DNA of 64,000 nucleotides from the NCBI RefSeq assembly GCF_006345805.1, contig NC_043002.1, positions 45,446,001 to 45,510,000 of the forward strand. The letters are read 5' to 3'. The translations under genes and the position numbers were made by a program. This stretch comes from Octopus sinensis. Lineage: Eukaryota. Below, piece after piece: positions 1-12,094 of this stretch (positions within the stretch are counted from its first letter, which is position 1; each line of letters opens with the position of its first letter). The notes below the pieces were generated by a model. The model made no database searches and was not told the origin of the DNA. It worked only from the letters and a program-made list of their open reading frames with translations.

Positions 1-93
1 TGGGTTTGCAGAATATGTATCGGCTTTGATCGTTGTTGTGGTAAATAACCCACTGAGATCTTTATAGGCACATAAACTGATGATTTTGTTTTT
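1..93 (-). CDS. CPSF1: CPSF1 coding exon 19, runs off the window (KNKIISLCAYKDLSGLFTT...)
   Basis: Matches KVITLCLYRDLSGMFTT. Acceptor TATTTCAG| at 94. Open to position 1. Confidence 0.93.
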
Positions 94-267
94 CTGAAAT
101 AGTTATAATACATTGTTTTTGCAGTTAAAGCATTTTTATTATTTTCAAGAGTAGAAATTCCAGATTTTTAATTATATATAAATTAAAATGAAAGAAAAGA
201 AAGGACAAAAGGGAGAAAGAAAATAAAGTGAAGAAAAGGAAAAAATGAAAGGAAAATGAAATAGGTA

Positions 268-745
268 TAGGCATGACTGCATGGTTACAAGTTTCCCTTC
301 TCAACCATGTAGTTTCAGGTTCTAACCCACTGTTTGGCACTTTGAACCAGTGTCTTCTATTATAGCTTTGGGTTGACGAATACCTTGTGAATTAAATTTG
401 ATAGATGGAAGCTGTACAGAAGCCCATCATACGTATGTGTGTGTACCCTTGTCTAGACATCATGAGAAGGCTGTGTGGGAGCATCACCATCATACAAGCT
501 ACGATGTTTGCTTCTAGTCTTCCATGAGAAACATGTCTAGCTATGGGGAAATATTACTTTGCTTGGAAACCTGAGAAAGTTGACAACAGGAAGGGCATCC
601 AACCACTGAAAATCTGCCTCAAAAAGTTTCATCTAATCCATGTAAGCACAGAAAAATGGACACTAAATGTTGATGATGATGATGACAACAATAATGATGA
701 CAACGATGATGATGACAACAATGATGATGATGTTGACAATGATTC
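268..745 (+). mobile_element. CORE-like SINE type b (same head, RTE-like tail with (GAT)n)
   Basis: Head as type a; 3' half ...CAGGAAGGGCATCCA...CCATGTAAGCA...TAAATGTTGATGATG. Related copies at 3716-4090, 11605-11900 and 29105-29402. Confidence 0.72.
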
Positions 746-750
746 TTTAC

Positions 751-926
751 CTGTTGTAACTGTGGTTTGGTAACTGCAAGTCGGACACCACTACCAAAGT
801 TGTCAGCTCTTAGGGACAATAATACCACCTGGCCTTCTTCACTCATAACCAACAAGAAAGGATCAGCAACAGAGCAGTGAACAATAGGTGAACCCACATC
901 AATGGGAATATGCTGCAGTTGTTTAA
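751..926 (-). CDS. CPSF1: CPSF1 coding exon 18 (VKQLQHIPIDVGSPIVHCSVADPF...KPQLQQ)
   Basis: PIV.C.VADP motif. TTTTACAG| and CAG|GTAAAG, 176 nt. Confidence 0.96.
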
Positions 927-3022
927 CTGTAAAAGAAATTTTCATGAATATTAAAAGTAAACAAATCATAAAATTATTTTAGCCTAAATTTTTTGTTTAA
1001 ATCTCCCATAAGCATTAACAGTATAAGTGAGATTTTTTATCTTTGTGAAAGTCTTAAGATTGTTTTTACCAAGACAACACACTGCAAATAATTTATCATC
1101 TTTTTTTTTTATAATTCAATTTATTCAAGTTTCTATAAGATATCCTACAACAGTTACTATGGAAGAAATAATGATCTAAAGTATTTCATCATTATTTAAC
1201 ATCCCTTTTTCTATGCCAGTATGTGTTGGTTCAACATAAACTGACAAGCTGGATGCCCTTCTTAATGCCAACCACTTTTACAGAGTGTACTAGGTGCATT
1301 TTTCATGACATCAGCACTGGTGAAAAATCTAACTGATGAGAAGCAGAAAAAACAGTCCAGAACAGTGGAGAAAAGTCATTGCTGACCTCCTTAAGGTGTG
1401 AAGAGCTTCAGTAAGTACGAAATTTAAATAGATTTGCAATCACTATGACTAAAACTAGAAACCAATTTCAAAAGGTAGTTGTTATTAAACCCAAGATCAA
1501 ACCTAACTCAGCAGACCAATGATCAAAGATATTCCAGTTGTGATTATTGACACTCAGACTACATTAACCAATATGTCCTTTTCTAAGACAATATGATGTG
1601 ATTCGAAGAGATTTAGCTGCTAATTCTATCAGAATACACAGTCACATAGAGGTTTGTCATTGGTTCATGAATCTCCTCGAGAGTGTCTGGTTCATGATAA
1701 GGTAGTTGTGTGCAACCGGACAAAAAAGAACTAAATCTTGTATATACCATAAAACAACATATGCATATATTATGGAATAATCAAGTGACAAGGTTGAAGT
1801 CATGGGACTGCAACATAGTGGATTGTGAAGAGGTAGTGGAAGAGCACAACTGAGGCAATGGTGCTTCTTACATTGATGCTGAGTGGAGGAATCCTAGAAG
1901 ACCAATGGTCAGAATCACCAAGCTCTATCAAGAGAGAGTAATTGCAACGCATCCATAGGGGTGGCATCTATAGTTGTGTAATCAGCAAATGAAAGATTCG
2001 CTATGACTCATGTTCCCAATTCAAATTCATAAAAACGGATTTGAATGGTAACAGAGCATCATGGGAATCCACAAAAGCAGTAAAAGTGATGAGAAAACCC
2101 TATAAACTCGCAAAGAATTGACAAGAAAGAAAGGAACAATGAAATATCAACAACAAAACTGAGACTAGATATAACTTAACTAAAACAGCACTTTAACTAG
2201 AAACATAAAATCAATGTGTGTGATTTTTCACAGCATCAGTTGAAATAAATAGTTATACTACCATTAACACCATTTCGTATTTTCTGTTGTAAGGCTATCA
2301 AGGAGGCAATTATTAAAGGATTTTAAATTAAAGAAATTTGTAAGTAGGAGTGAGTGTGTATTCTTCTCTTCGTGTGCATGTTGACCATAATCCAAGAATC
2401 ACCATTGTTTACAATTCTCCATAAAAGTATGTCCAGGCTTTTTGTTGTTTGATAGACTAAGAGAAATATTACTGTGCTTCGAAATAGGTAAGGGTTGAGG
2501 ACAGTAAGAGCAACCATTCACAGAAAAATCTGATTCAAAGTTTCTGACCCATGGCAAGCATGTAAAATTAGATATGACGACGATGAATTTTAATTCAACT
2601 TTAACAAATCGATAACGCCAGTCACAATTTTTCGAAGGTAAGGGAGAGAATTCTAGTGATCAAAAATGAAATAGAGATACTCAGGGAAGTTTGGAAAAGT
2701 TGGAAAATTACATCAATCAATATATTCCAACAGTTGTTTCTGTTCAGTTATGTTGACAATCTGAAACTTTTATTTCCTTAAATGCAGTTGTATGGTTGAT
2801 GGCTACACATTTTGTATATTGCATTCTGAAATTAGCGAGCACCCTTTCAACAGAATTTTCTTAAATTAACTCAAACTGAGTTTTGTAATAGCATTTACTG
2901 CTAAATTTGCTGACTCAGTCAGTATCCAGTCAAGATTATAACTGTCATTTGATACTGGGACATTTTGAATAGATACCCATTAGTTTTTCGGGCTTTTTTC
3001 ATTTTACTGTTTCCTTATTTAA

Positions 3023-3238
3023 CCTCACATTAGTTCTTTAAATGTGAAATCAAATTTCATGGTTACTCCAGTAACAGTACAAAATATCTACCAAATTATA
3101 AAATTGGTATTTTCTGCAAGTCATGTTGTTTCAATAAGCTGGACACATCTCAACAAAAAATAGTTCCTCAGACAGCTTTCTGCAAATAAGGGTAATGAAA
3201 TTTTGAATGGATATATCTGATTTTTGCAGTTAAAAGGG
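3023..3238. mobile_element. piggyBac-type MITE family C
   Basis: Ends AAAAGGG|TTAA; colinear with 14449-14659. Confidence 0.6.
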
Positions 3239-3715
3239 TTAATATTTTTTAATAATTTTCCCTCTTATTCAGTTTACCATTACTCAAACTGTAGCAATTT
3301 GGTGTTAAATACAAATACTGCCAAACTAAGAGTAACAAACTGGTCTATTGACATTGGATGATTCCAACCAATGTCCTGCCAAAATTAATTGCACTCCTCT
3401 CCTAGGACTTACAGTTTTGCATACTATATGGTGACCTCATTAGTGCAGGTGACATGAAAAAAAGTACCCAGTCCACATAGTAAAGTGGTTGGCATTAGGA
3501 AGGGCATTCAGCCATAAAAACCCTGCCAAAGCAGACATTTGAGCTCAATGCAGTCCTTGGACACTTTAAATCCAGTCAAACTGTCCAACCTATGCCAACA
3601 TAGAATATGAACACTAAATGATGATGATGATGATGATTTAACATTGGATTCTTTCCCTGAAGTGAAGAAAAGTCAGTCATGCTTTATTTTCATTTTTTTA
3701 AATATTTAACTGTCA

Positions 3716-4095
3716 GGCATGTGTGTGTGTGTGACAGGGTGGTTAAGAAGCTTGCTTCCCAACCAAGAGGCCTTGGGTTCTGGCCCACTGTGCAGCATCT
3801 TGGGCAACTGTCTTCTATAATCCCAAGTCATCAAAAGCCTTGTGAGTGGATTTGGTAAACAGAAACAGAAAGAAGCCCATTACACATGTGCATATATGTG
3901 AGTGAGTGAATCAGTGTATGTGCCTAAGCAAGGCTGTTCAGTGTTCCATGAAAACTTTTTTCCGGTCATTGGAAAATATTACCTTGCTTGGAAACAGGCA
4001 AGGATTGGTGACAAGAAAAGCATCCAGCAGTGGAAAATCTGCCTCAATAAATTCTGTCTGACCTAAGCAAGCATGAAAAACTGGATGGTAAATGA
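3716..4095 (+). mobile_element. CORE-like SINE type b
   Basis: Colinear with 268-745. Confidence 0.72.
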
Positions 4096-4753
4096 CGATG
4101 GAGGAGGGGGGGTGGAAGGGTGAAGAGGGGGAAGGATGTGAAGGGGGATGCGGAGGAGGGGTGTGAGGAGGGCGTGGCGAGGGGGTGGAGGAGGAGGAGG
4201 TATCAGGTAATTTAAATTCCTAAATTCTAAATTTAAACAGTTCAGTTTTAAAAAATCAAGCAGCAACTCCTTTGTTCAATGAAATGTTTAAACAGGGAGA
4301 TAGCTGAGGCAAGATTTTTATGGCAAGATGCTCTTCCTGTCACAAAAACCTTATCTGTTTTTCAAATAAAAAAGAATTTTTATTCCAGAGAAATTCCAAG
4401 TGTAGATCTAGTGAACAATTTGTTAACAGGAAACGCCAACAACTCTCACTGGCTGCAGCCTAACTACAAGGTGTCATCACCAGCTGTAGCATATTTCACA
4501 GCAGATAGTAAACATTTAAATAAACACAAGCACATATACACACTATGAGATTTCTTAAGTTTCCATCTACCAAATTCCCTCACTAAGCATTGGTGGGCAT
4601 AGAGCTATAGTGAAGACACTTGCCCAAGGTAATGCACAGTGGGAATGAACCTGAAATCAGATGGCTGAGAAGCAAACTTCTTTAGCACATAGCCATGTGC
4701 TTAAATATTTAAAATAAAATCTGAATGTTGTTATAAATTATAACAGTACAAAC

Positions 4754-4895
4754 CTCCTTCTAAAAGACGTACTCCCATTGGAGACACTTGAACAATATAT
4801 TTATTATCTCCTATGTTTCCAGCAAATACAGTTGGTGTTTGTGTGCTGAAGCCACTGTGGTCAAGTTCCATAATTTCTTGACCGGTTTGTAATAT
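4754..4895 (-). CDS. CPSF1: CPSF1 coding exon 17 ([47 protein letters not shown])
   Basis: Near-identical to the conserved CPSF1 segment. GT-AG, 142 nt. Confidence 0.97.
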
Positions 4896-5028
4896 CTAGA
4901 AAGATTAATACAAGATAAGAGAAAATGTAAATAAACATAATTCAGTTAATTTAAATTACTACGTAAGTAAATGATAGGACCAAAATAATTACAACCGACA
5001 AAAAAAAAAACTAATATAAAAGACTTAC

Positions 5029-5172
5029 CATACTAGAGTCACTTTTACTTAATATTAAAAATGTATGGCCATCTTCAATATCTTCTTCAGGAATTGTTTT
5101 ACCATCTTTTTGTGTTACATCTTCACCAATACCCTTTTTCTCATCGCTTTTCTCTTCATTTTCATCTTTCAA
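5029..5172 (-). CDS. CPSF1: CPSF1 coding exon 16 (acidic loop ...GHTFLILSKSDSSM)
   Basis: Ends in H.FLILS..DS.M. TTCTTAG| and ATG|GTAAGT, 144 nt. Confidence 0.94.
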
Positions 5173-5353
5173 CTAAGAATGAAATGGAAAAAAATTTTCC
5201 TATCTTATACATTTCAAAAACCAGCTTCATTTCATGTGAACTTGGTAAGAAATAACATACATGAGAAATTAATACAGTTCTATATTTAAGAGATGAGGAA
5301 TTATGTACATTATTTACAATTGACAGATATTTGTCCTCATCTTGTTTGTTGTT

Positions 5354-5399
5354 AACACAACGTTTCGGCTGATATACTCTCCAGTCTTCATCAGGTATC
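5354..5399 (-). ncRNA. Minimal type I hammerhead ribozyme motif (Penelope-like)
   Basis: GATAC-CTGATGA-A-GACTG[GAGAGTATAT]CAGCC-GAAAC-GTT-GTGTT: core, helix II with one mismatch, palindromic AACGTT helix III, helix I with two GU pairs. Confidence 0.7.
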
Positions 5400-5515
5400 T
5401 TTGACATAGGGTAGATGTGAGAGGCCAGATTCCTGTTGGTCTCAACATAAAACAGGTAGAACATTTTGGCATGATATGGCTAGTTTGAATGCTGAAGGGT
5501 TAATTTATAATAGCG

Positions 5516-5543
<28 letters not shown>

Positions 5544-5547
<4 letters not shown>

Positions 5548-5828
5548 CGTGACCGACCAGGCTATCAGATGTTGTTACACATCGCTGGTCCCAATGCGCT
5601 TCGCATTGTTTTAGCCTTCAAATGACGCCAACCTGCTGGCTAAGCGAGCAGGCCAACAGAAGAAAGAGTGAGAGAAAGTTGTGGCGAAAGAGTACAGCAG
5701 GGATCGCCACCACCCCCTGCCGGAGCCTCGTGGAGTTTTAGGTGTTTTTGCTCAATAAACACTCACAACGCCCGGTCTGGGAATCGAAACCACGATCCTA
5801 CGACCGCGAGTCCGCTGCCCTAACCACT
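5544..5828 (-). mobile_element. Same tRNA(Arg-like) SINE head and body with a different 3' tail
   Basis: Matches 40125-40290, then diverges; ends in (AT)n. Confidence 0.85.
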
Positions 5829-6029
5829 ACATAAAGGCAGAAGCATGGCTGTGCAGTTGAGAAGATGGCTTCAGGTTCAGCCACATTGTGCAGCATCTTG
5901 AGTAACTCTCTTCTACTATAGCCCTATGCTAAATAATGCATTGTGAGGGAATTTAGTAGAGGGAAACTAAAGGAATCTCATCAGTAGGTGATTTTCAGCA
6001 TGCACTAAATAGGTTCACTGGTGAGTGCA

Positions 6030-6640
6030 GTAAGGCTGCAATGAAAATCAATGTTGCAAAAACTGAGACATCTCTTCTCTAGAGAAAACCTGCCCAGCGC
6101 ATTTTGCATGTTAGTGGAGCCACATTCAAAAAAGTGAAGAAGTATCTCAGGGTCATTTTCATGAGCAACGGAAGGCAAGAGGATTAATTGGACGTGAGTA
6201 TTGCTAGGCTAGCACTGATGCAACAATGCACTGGCTTCAGTACTCAGCATAAGATGAAGGGAGGTAGGTGAAAAAGCCAAACTCACAATTTTCAGTTCAG
6301 TTTAATTGCCAGCACTTTTCCTACAGTCTAGAATTTTGGGTAGCAACTGAGAGAAAACAGCTGCAAATACAAGTGGTTAAAAAGGGGATTGCTCTGAAGG
6401 ACTGGTGACATAACTTTACTTGATAGAATGCACAACTCAGAGATCAGGGAGTTACTCCAGATAAAACCACTACTTCTCCACATGGAGATGTACAACAGGC
6501 ATGTGGTTATGATGTCTAACCACATGGTTAGACATACAGGACAGATTTTAGGGGAAAGGTCAACAAGCAGGAGACTCAAAGGTAGACCACATGCAAGATG
6601 GCTGGATAATATCCCTTACAACAAGGAAAAATTAATATAA
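6030..6640 (+). mobile_element. Fossil RTE (Rex3/Expander-like) ORF2 fragment
   Basis: Degenerate MKINVAKTE...KYLRVIFMSNGR...KAKLTIF...SEIRELLQIKPLLLHME...GRPHARWLDNI. Confidence 0.6.
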
Positions 6641-6919
6641 TAGGTGAAAAATAAGGGTTCAGATAAAATGCTTTGAAATATTTGTTCTAGTTCTTTACAT
6701 TTTGAGTTCAAATTTGTTTCAAGTCAACTTTACCTTTCACCCTTTCAGGTACAATAAAATAAAATACTAATCAAACCACTGAGAGTAATTTAATCAACTA
6801 ACCTTGTCCTCCTAAATCTCTAATTTACATAAGAAATTATCTTTACCAGATAATAATAAATTAATCAATATCAGTTTTAATTTTAAGAAAAATAAAGAAC
6901 CTCTTCAAAAAGAACTCAC

Positions 6920-7036
6920 CTCTGTTTTCAAGATGTCTTCATCAGTTATTGAATCTGCTTTGCATCCAAATACTGTCCACATGTCCAAGCAGCCAAAGAG
7001 CTCAAATGTTGTCACAACTTGAGGACGGATACTCCG
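6920..7036 (-). CDS. CPSF1: CPSF1 coding exon 15 ([22 protein letters not shown]...)
   Basis: [19 protein letters not shown] motif. GT-AG, 117 nt. Confidence 0.97.
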
Positions 7037-8006
7037 CTGAAATAGTTAAATAAATAATACTGAGAATAAAATTATTTAAATTGTAATTATGATATTTGGT
7101 TGATACACAGATTCTTATAATGCTAGTATTTACTTCCAGACTTTGCAACACTAAACTGCTAAGAGAAGAATCTTTTCTTGGTTAAGGTCACAGACCATCT
7201 TCGAGTAAGATTCCTTGATTTTGGGAAGGTGAAGCAAAAACAAAATAAATAACAAGTGTGGACAACTGGTAGATTGTATCATTGTTTCTATGAATCCAGA
7301 TTCTGGTTTTATTTTCAATATTTTTCTGCCAAGATTTGACATAAGCATCATAAATTCATTAATATATTTTATCTGGTGTTGATACATAGAGGTCGGAACA
7401 TTTATCTAAAGGCATAGAAAGTAAGTATTAATACCAATATAAGGTAGCATTAACGTGATAACATAATTTACTAAGTATGTCAGTTTCCAATTATAGTTTT
7501 TATTCTTAACCATGAAAGACTATTTATAAACAAGACATTTACCACAGTCTCCAAATGGTTTCAAGAAGATGAAAGTTTAATTTACATAGAGTGAGACAAT
7601 GAAAGCATGGCTATTTGGATGCTGGTGATTTAGCACAGCTGATTGGACATTGAAACTGTTCTAGTGGCCATAGTTTTTGGCACTGGAGGCAAACACACAC
7701 ACACGCACTCATGAACATAACATCATCATTTAACATAATCAAACATCATCATCATCATCATCAAACATCCGTTTTCCATGTTGGCATGGGCTGGACAGTT
7801 TAACTGGAGCTGGTAAGCCAGAGAGCTACACCAAGCTCCACACATCTGCTTCAGAATGGTATCTACAGCTGGATGCCCTTCCTGATGCCAACCACTTTAC
7901 AGAGTGTACCGGGTGCTTTTATGTGGCACCAGCATGGTTGCTTTTTACGTGTCACCATAAACACTTTCTCTCCTCACACATAAAGCGAAATATGTTCATA
8001 AATTTA

Positions 8007-8012
<6 letters not shown>

Positions 8013-8047
<35 letters not shown>
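8013..8047. repeat. (GA)n microsatellite
   Basis: Seen directly. Confidence 0.95.
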
Positions 8048-8050
<3 letters not shown>

Positions 8051-8286
8051 ACAGATAATTAGCAAAACATTCAGATGTTTCACATCAAATAAGTCAGCAT
8101 CGAAGCAACAACGACAAAGAGGCAGAACTAAAACAGAGAGGTAAAACATCTCAAACCTCAATCTATTGGTGAGCTGATAATTTTCACAACTACAACAAAG
8201 CTACAATGCAACAATGTTAAAATGGAGGATCAAAAAGTCTGGAGTCAATGTCACTTCAACAAATTCAAAATTTAAGAAAGAAAAAG

Positions 8287-8690
8287 TAGGAGTGGCTGTG
8301 TGGTGAGTAGCTTGCTTACCAACCACATGGTTCCAGTTTCAGTCTCACTACATGGCACCTTGGGGAAGTGTCTTCTACTATAGCCTCTGGCCAACCAAAG
8401 CCTTGTGAGTGGATTTGGTAGAGACAAACTGAAACAAGCTTGTCGTATGTATATGTGTATATATGTGTGTGGGTGTGTGTATGTTTGTGTGTCTGTGTTT
8501 GTTCCCCCACTATTGCTTGACAACCGATGCTAGTGTGTTTATGTCCCCCCCCCACTAACTTAGCAGTTCAGCAAAAGAGACTGATAGAATAAGTACTAGG
8601 CTTACAAAAAATAAGTCCTGGGGTTGATTTGTTTGACTAAAAGCACTGTTCCAGCATGGCCGCAGTCAAATGATTGAAACAAATAAAAGA
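8287..8690 (+). mobile_element. CORE-like SINE type a
   Basis: Colinear with 15416-15800. Confidence 0.87.
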
Positions 8691-8726
8691 ATTTTTAAAA
8701 TCTGTAAAACGGAATATTCTTCTTAC

Positions 8727-8882
8727 CTGTAATACTGATAAAGCACCATTTTTGCTATACCCAGATGTTGTTACAAGTTCCAAATCAGGATCTATTGTAT
8801 TACAAAACTCTTCAGAAAGGAAAGCAGGTTCTCCCATCACCATTCTTCCACAAGGACCAATGTTGAGAATACTGTCACAAAC
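8727..8882 (-). CDS. CPSF1: CPSF1 coding exon 14 ([11 protein letters not shown]...[10 protein letters not shown]...KNGALSVLQ)
   Basis: [21 protein letters not shown] and KNGALSVLQ motifs. 156 nt. Confidence 0.97.
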
Positions 8883-9162
8883 CTATTTTGATCAGGAAGG
8901 GAAAAAAAACAATCATTACATATAAAACAGGATCAAATGAAGTTAATGTCAACAACATGAATACTGATTTCTCTGCACATGAGAAACATACACAACGGCT
9001 CAAACATTTTTAATAACAAACCACCTCAAGCCACATCCTGATACACATTTCCTGACCTAAAGTGATCTAAATCAAAGTTTTCCATCAAAATTTCAGGTTA
9101 ATTTATGATCCAAACACTAGCTTAATAATGACAAAGTTATTTTACAAAATTCTTCATTATCA

Positions 9163-9860
9163 CAGGAGTGGCTGTGTGGTAAGTAGCTTGCTTATCAACC
9201 ACATGGTTTCAGGTTCAGTCCCACTGCGTGGCACCTTCGGGCCGACCAAAGCTGTGGAAACTGAAAGAAGCCTGTCTGTTTCATGGCCGTTTGGCAGCTC
9301 TGTCTGGCCCCCGTGTTGGTGGCACGTAAAAGCACCATCCGTTCGTGTCCGTTGCCAGCCTCGCCTCGCCCCTGTGCCGGTGACACGTTAAAGCACCATC
9401 CGTTCGTGGCCGTTTGCCAGCTCTGTCTGTGCGGGTGGCACGTAAAAAGCACCCACTACACTCACGGAGTGGTTGGCATTAAGAAGGGCATCCAGCCGTA
9501 GAAACACTGCCAGATCTGACTGGGCCTGATGTAGCCTTCCAGCTTCACAGACCCCAGTTGAACCGTCCAACCCATGCTAGCATGGAAAACGGACGCTAAA
9601 TGATGATGATGATGATGATGATGATATATTTATGTGTGTTTGTGTGGATATGTTTGTGTAGCTGTGTTTGTAACCACAACATCGCTTGACAACAGATGGT
9701 GGTGTGTTTACCTCCCCGTAACTTAGCGGTTCGGCAAAAGAGACCGATAGAATAAGTACTAGGCTTACAAAGAATAAGTCCTAGGGTTGATTTGCTCAAC
9801 TAAAGGCAGTGCTCCATGGCCGCAGTCAAATGACTGAAACAAGTAAATGAGTAAAGAGAG
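9163..9860 (+). mobile_element. CORE-like SINE type a interrupted by an RTE fragment
   Basis: Head 9163-9290, 3' half 9625-9860. Confidence 0.82.
9290..9622 (+). mobile_element. RTE 3' UTR fragment inserted inside a SINE
   Basis: Hairpin units plus shared tail, flanked by the two halves of a SINE. Confidence 0.85.
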
Positions 9861-9927
9861 TAAAATGAGAAAAAGAAAGAGTATCTTCAAAATTTTGACA
9901 GAAATAGGATAACAAAAAGATAATAAA

Positions 9928-10147
9928 CCCCTTAACATTTAAATTGGCCATATCTGGCCAAAATATTCAACCTGCTTTATGTTCAAGCTGACCAGATCCA
10001 GCTTCTCACATCTATCCTACAATGTCATTCTAAAAGTAAACAATCACATCAATGAAATCCCAAAGCTACAAGATAATACATGATTTATTCAAAACAATGT
10101 GAATAAATAAGCATTACATTTGGCAGAGTAATCTGAGTGCTAAAGAG
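9928..10147 (+). mobile_element. piggyBac-type MITE family A
   Basis: Colinear with 21300-21511; right end AAAGAG|TTAA. Confidence 0.75.
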
Positions 10148-10543
10148 TTAAAGTAAAAAAAACTACTGTATTGCTAGAAGGAATAGAAATTTACAGCTCT
10201 TTAGCTAAATTCATGAACTATTACTCAAAATCAGTGGTAAATAAAATGACTTTTGAGAATATATAGAACAAACCTAAGGGGGTGTAACTTAGTGGACACT
10301 CAACCTGCTAGAAATAGCACCAAAATCTCCCTCAATTCACACCCTATTATTCTAAATAAATGACAGGACACATTGGATAATGTACTCCTCAATACACAGT
10401 GTCCAGCAAAATATTCAAGATGGAATGATCACGACTGAATTTTCTTTAAGCATAGGTCTGTGAGATCAAGGATGACATGGGGGTGTTAAATTACAACATG
10501 ATGACAGTAAACAATATACATGGAAATGAATTAAGTAAATTAC

Positions 10544-10641
10544 CTCAAAAGTGAATGAAGTAATGGTTGTTCCACTGATGGCATCTCCTTCACCATACAC
10601 CTCTAATTCATCAAGATCATCAATTTGTGATACATCAGAGG
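10544..10641 (-). CDS. CPSF1: CPSF1 coding exon 13 (ASDVSQIDDLDELEVYGEGDAISGTTITSFTFE)
   Basis: DELEVYG...FE motif. GT-AG, 98 nt. Confidence 0.95.
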
Positions 10642-10799
10642 CTGTGAAAAAAGAAAGAAAACTGTTTCTGTTAAACTGCGCAAATAAATGTTGGTAGTAA
10701 CCATGTTTCAAAAATATACAAAGACAAAGGATCAAGATATCTAGTACCTTGCTGTATGCAAGAAGACCCATCCACCACAAAAGAAATGCTGCTCCCACT

Positions 10800-11428
10800 G
10801 CTGAAGAAGACTGGCCTAAAAGAACCGTGATGATGCCATGTAAAAGCACCTGCACTGGCACCACATGAAAAGCTTCTGTGCCAGCACCACACAATAGCAC
10901 CCATACCAAAGCCATGTAAAAGTTCCCATGTTGGTGCCACATAAAAGGCACCCAGCACACTCTGTAAAGCGGTTAGCATTAGGAAGATTTCCAGCCATAG
11001 AAACAAAGCCAAATCAGATTGGAACCTAATGCAGCTCTCCCGCTTGCCAGCTCTGGTCAAACTGTCCAACTCATGCCAGTATAGAAAACAGACATTAAAG
11101 AATGGAAATATCAACATCAATGGAAATTGCAGCTGTGATACCAGTGCTGGTGGTACGTAAGAGAACCATCCGAACATGTCTGTGGCACATAAAAGGCACC
11201 ATCCGATCGTGGCCATTTGCCAGCCTCATCTGGCACCTGTGCCAGTGGCACATAAAAAGCATCCACTACACTCACAGAGTGGTTGGCGCTAGGAAGGGCA
11301 TCCAGCCATAGAAACACTGCCAGATCAGACTGGGCTTGGTGCAGCCTTCTGGCCTCCCAGACCCCAGTTGAACCGTCCAACCCATGCTAGCATGGAAAGC
11401 AGACGCTAAACGATGATGATGATGATGA
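10800..11428 (+). mobile_element. Two tandem RTE 3' UTR fragments (old about 10800-11100, younger about 11112-11428)
   Basis: Two successive GGCAC-TAAAA-GCAC arrays, each followed by the shared tail. Confidence 0.8.
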
Positions 11429-12094
11429 ATACATTTTCAGAAAATGGAAAGAAACAATAAAAATTTTAATAAAATATTGATAGGTTTTGTGATATTCAGG
11501 CAGACATAACATCCCAAACTGCCTTCATTTTATGGTTGGTTCTCCATTAGGTTGTGTCATTCTTCTAACCTGTCAGTAAATATGTTCTATATACAAAAAC
11601 AGGCTTGGCTGTGTTAAAAGAAGTTTCCTTCCCAACCACATGATTCCCAGCTCAGTCCCACAGCAGAGCACCTTTGGGTAAGTGTCTTCTACTATAGCTC
11701 CAGGTCAACCAAAGTTTTGTGAGTAGATTTGGTTGACAGAAACTGAAAGAAGTCTGTTGAATACATATGAATATGTGTATGTCCATGTCTGTTGTTGCCT
11801 CTTTGCCTTGACATCACATGACAGTTGTAGACGAGTGTCACCATAATGCAAGCAATGTCCTTTATTTTCAAACACAATATACTACAGAGCTGGGCAAAAT
11901 GAAATTGCACCAGAAATGATCATGTGAGTAACAGATGTGTATTCCGCAATGGATGTGACACAGTAACCTAAAGCTAAGTTATAACTAAGCACTAAGCTAC
12001 AATTACGTATTTGTTGCTCTCATGATCACTTCTGAGGCAATTTCATTTTGCCAAGATCTGAAACATATTGCAGTTTTTAACAGCTAAGTATATT

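Noticed and set aside
5029-7036. Acidic lysine-rich stretch in CPSF1 exons 15-16 as a novel insertion
   Set aside because: Corresponds to a known poorly conserved acidic loop of CPSF160.
10466-10960. 164-aa ORF as a stand-alone gene
   Set aside because: Only 10544-10641 is coding (CPSF1 exon); the rest is intron and repeat.
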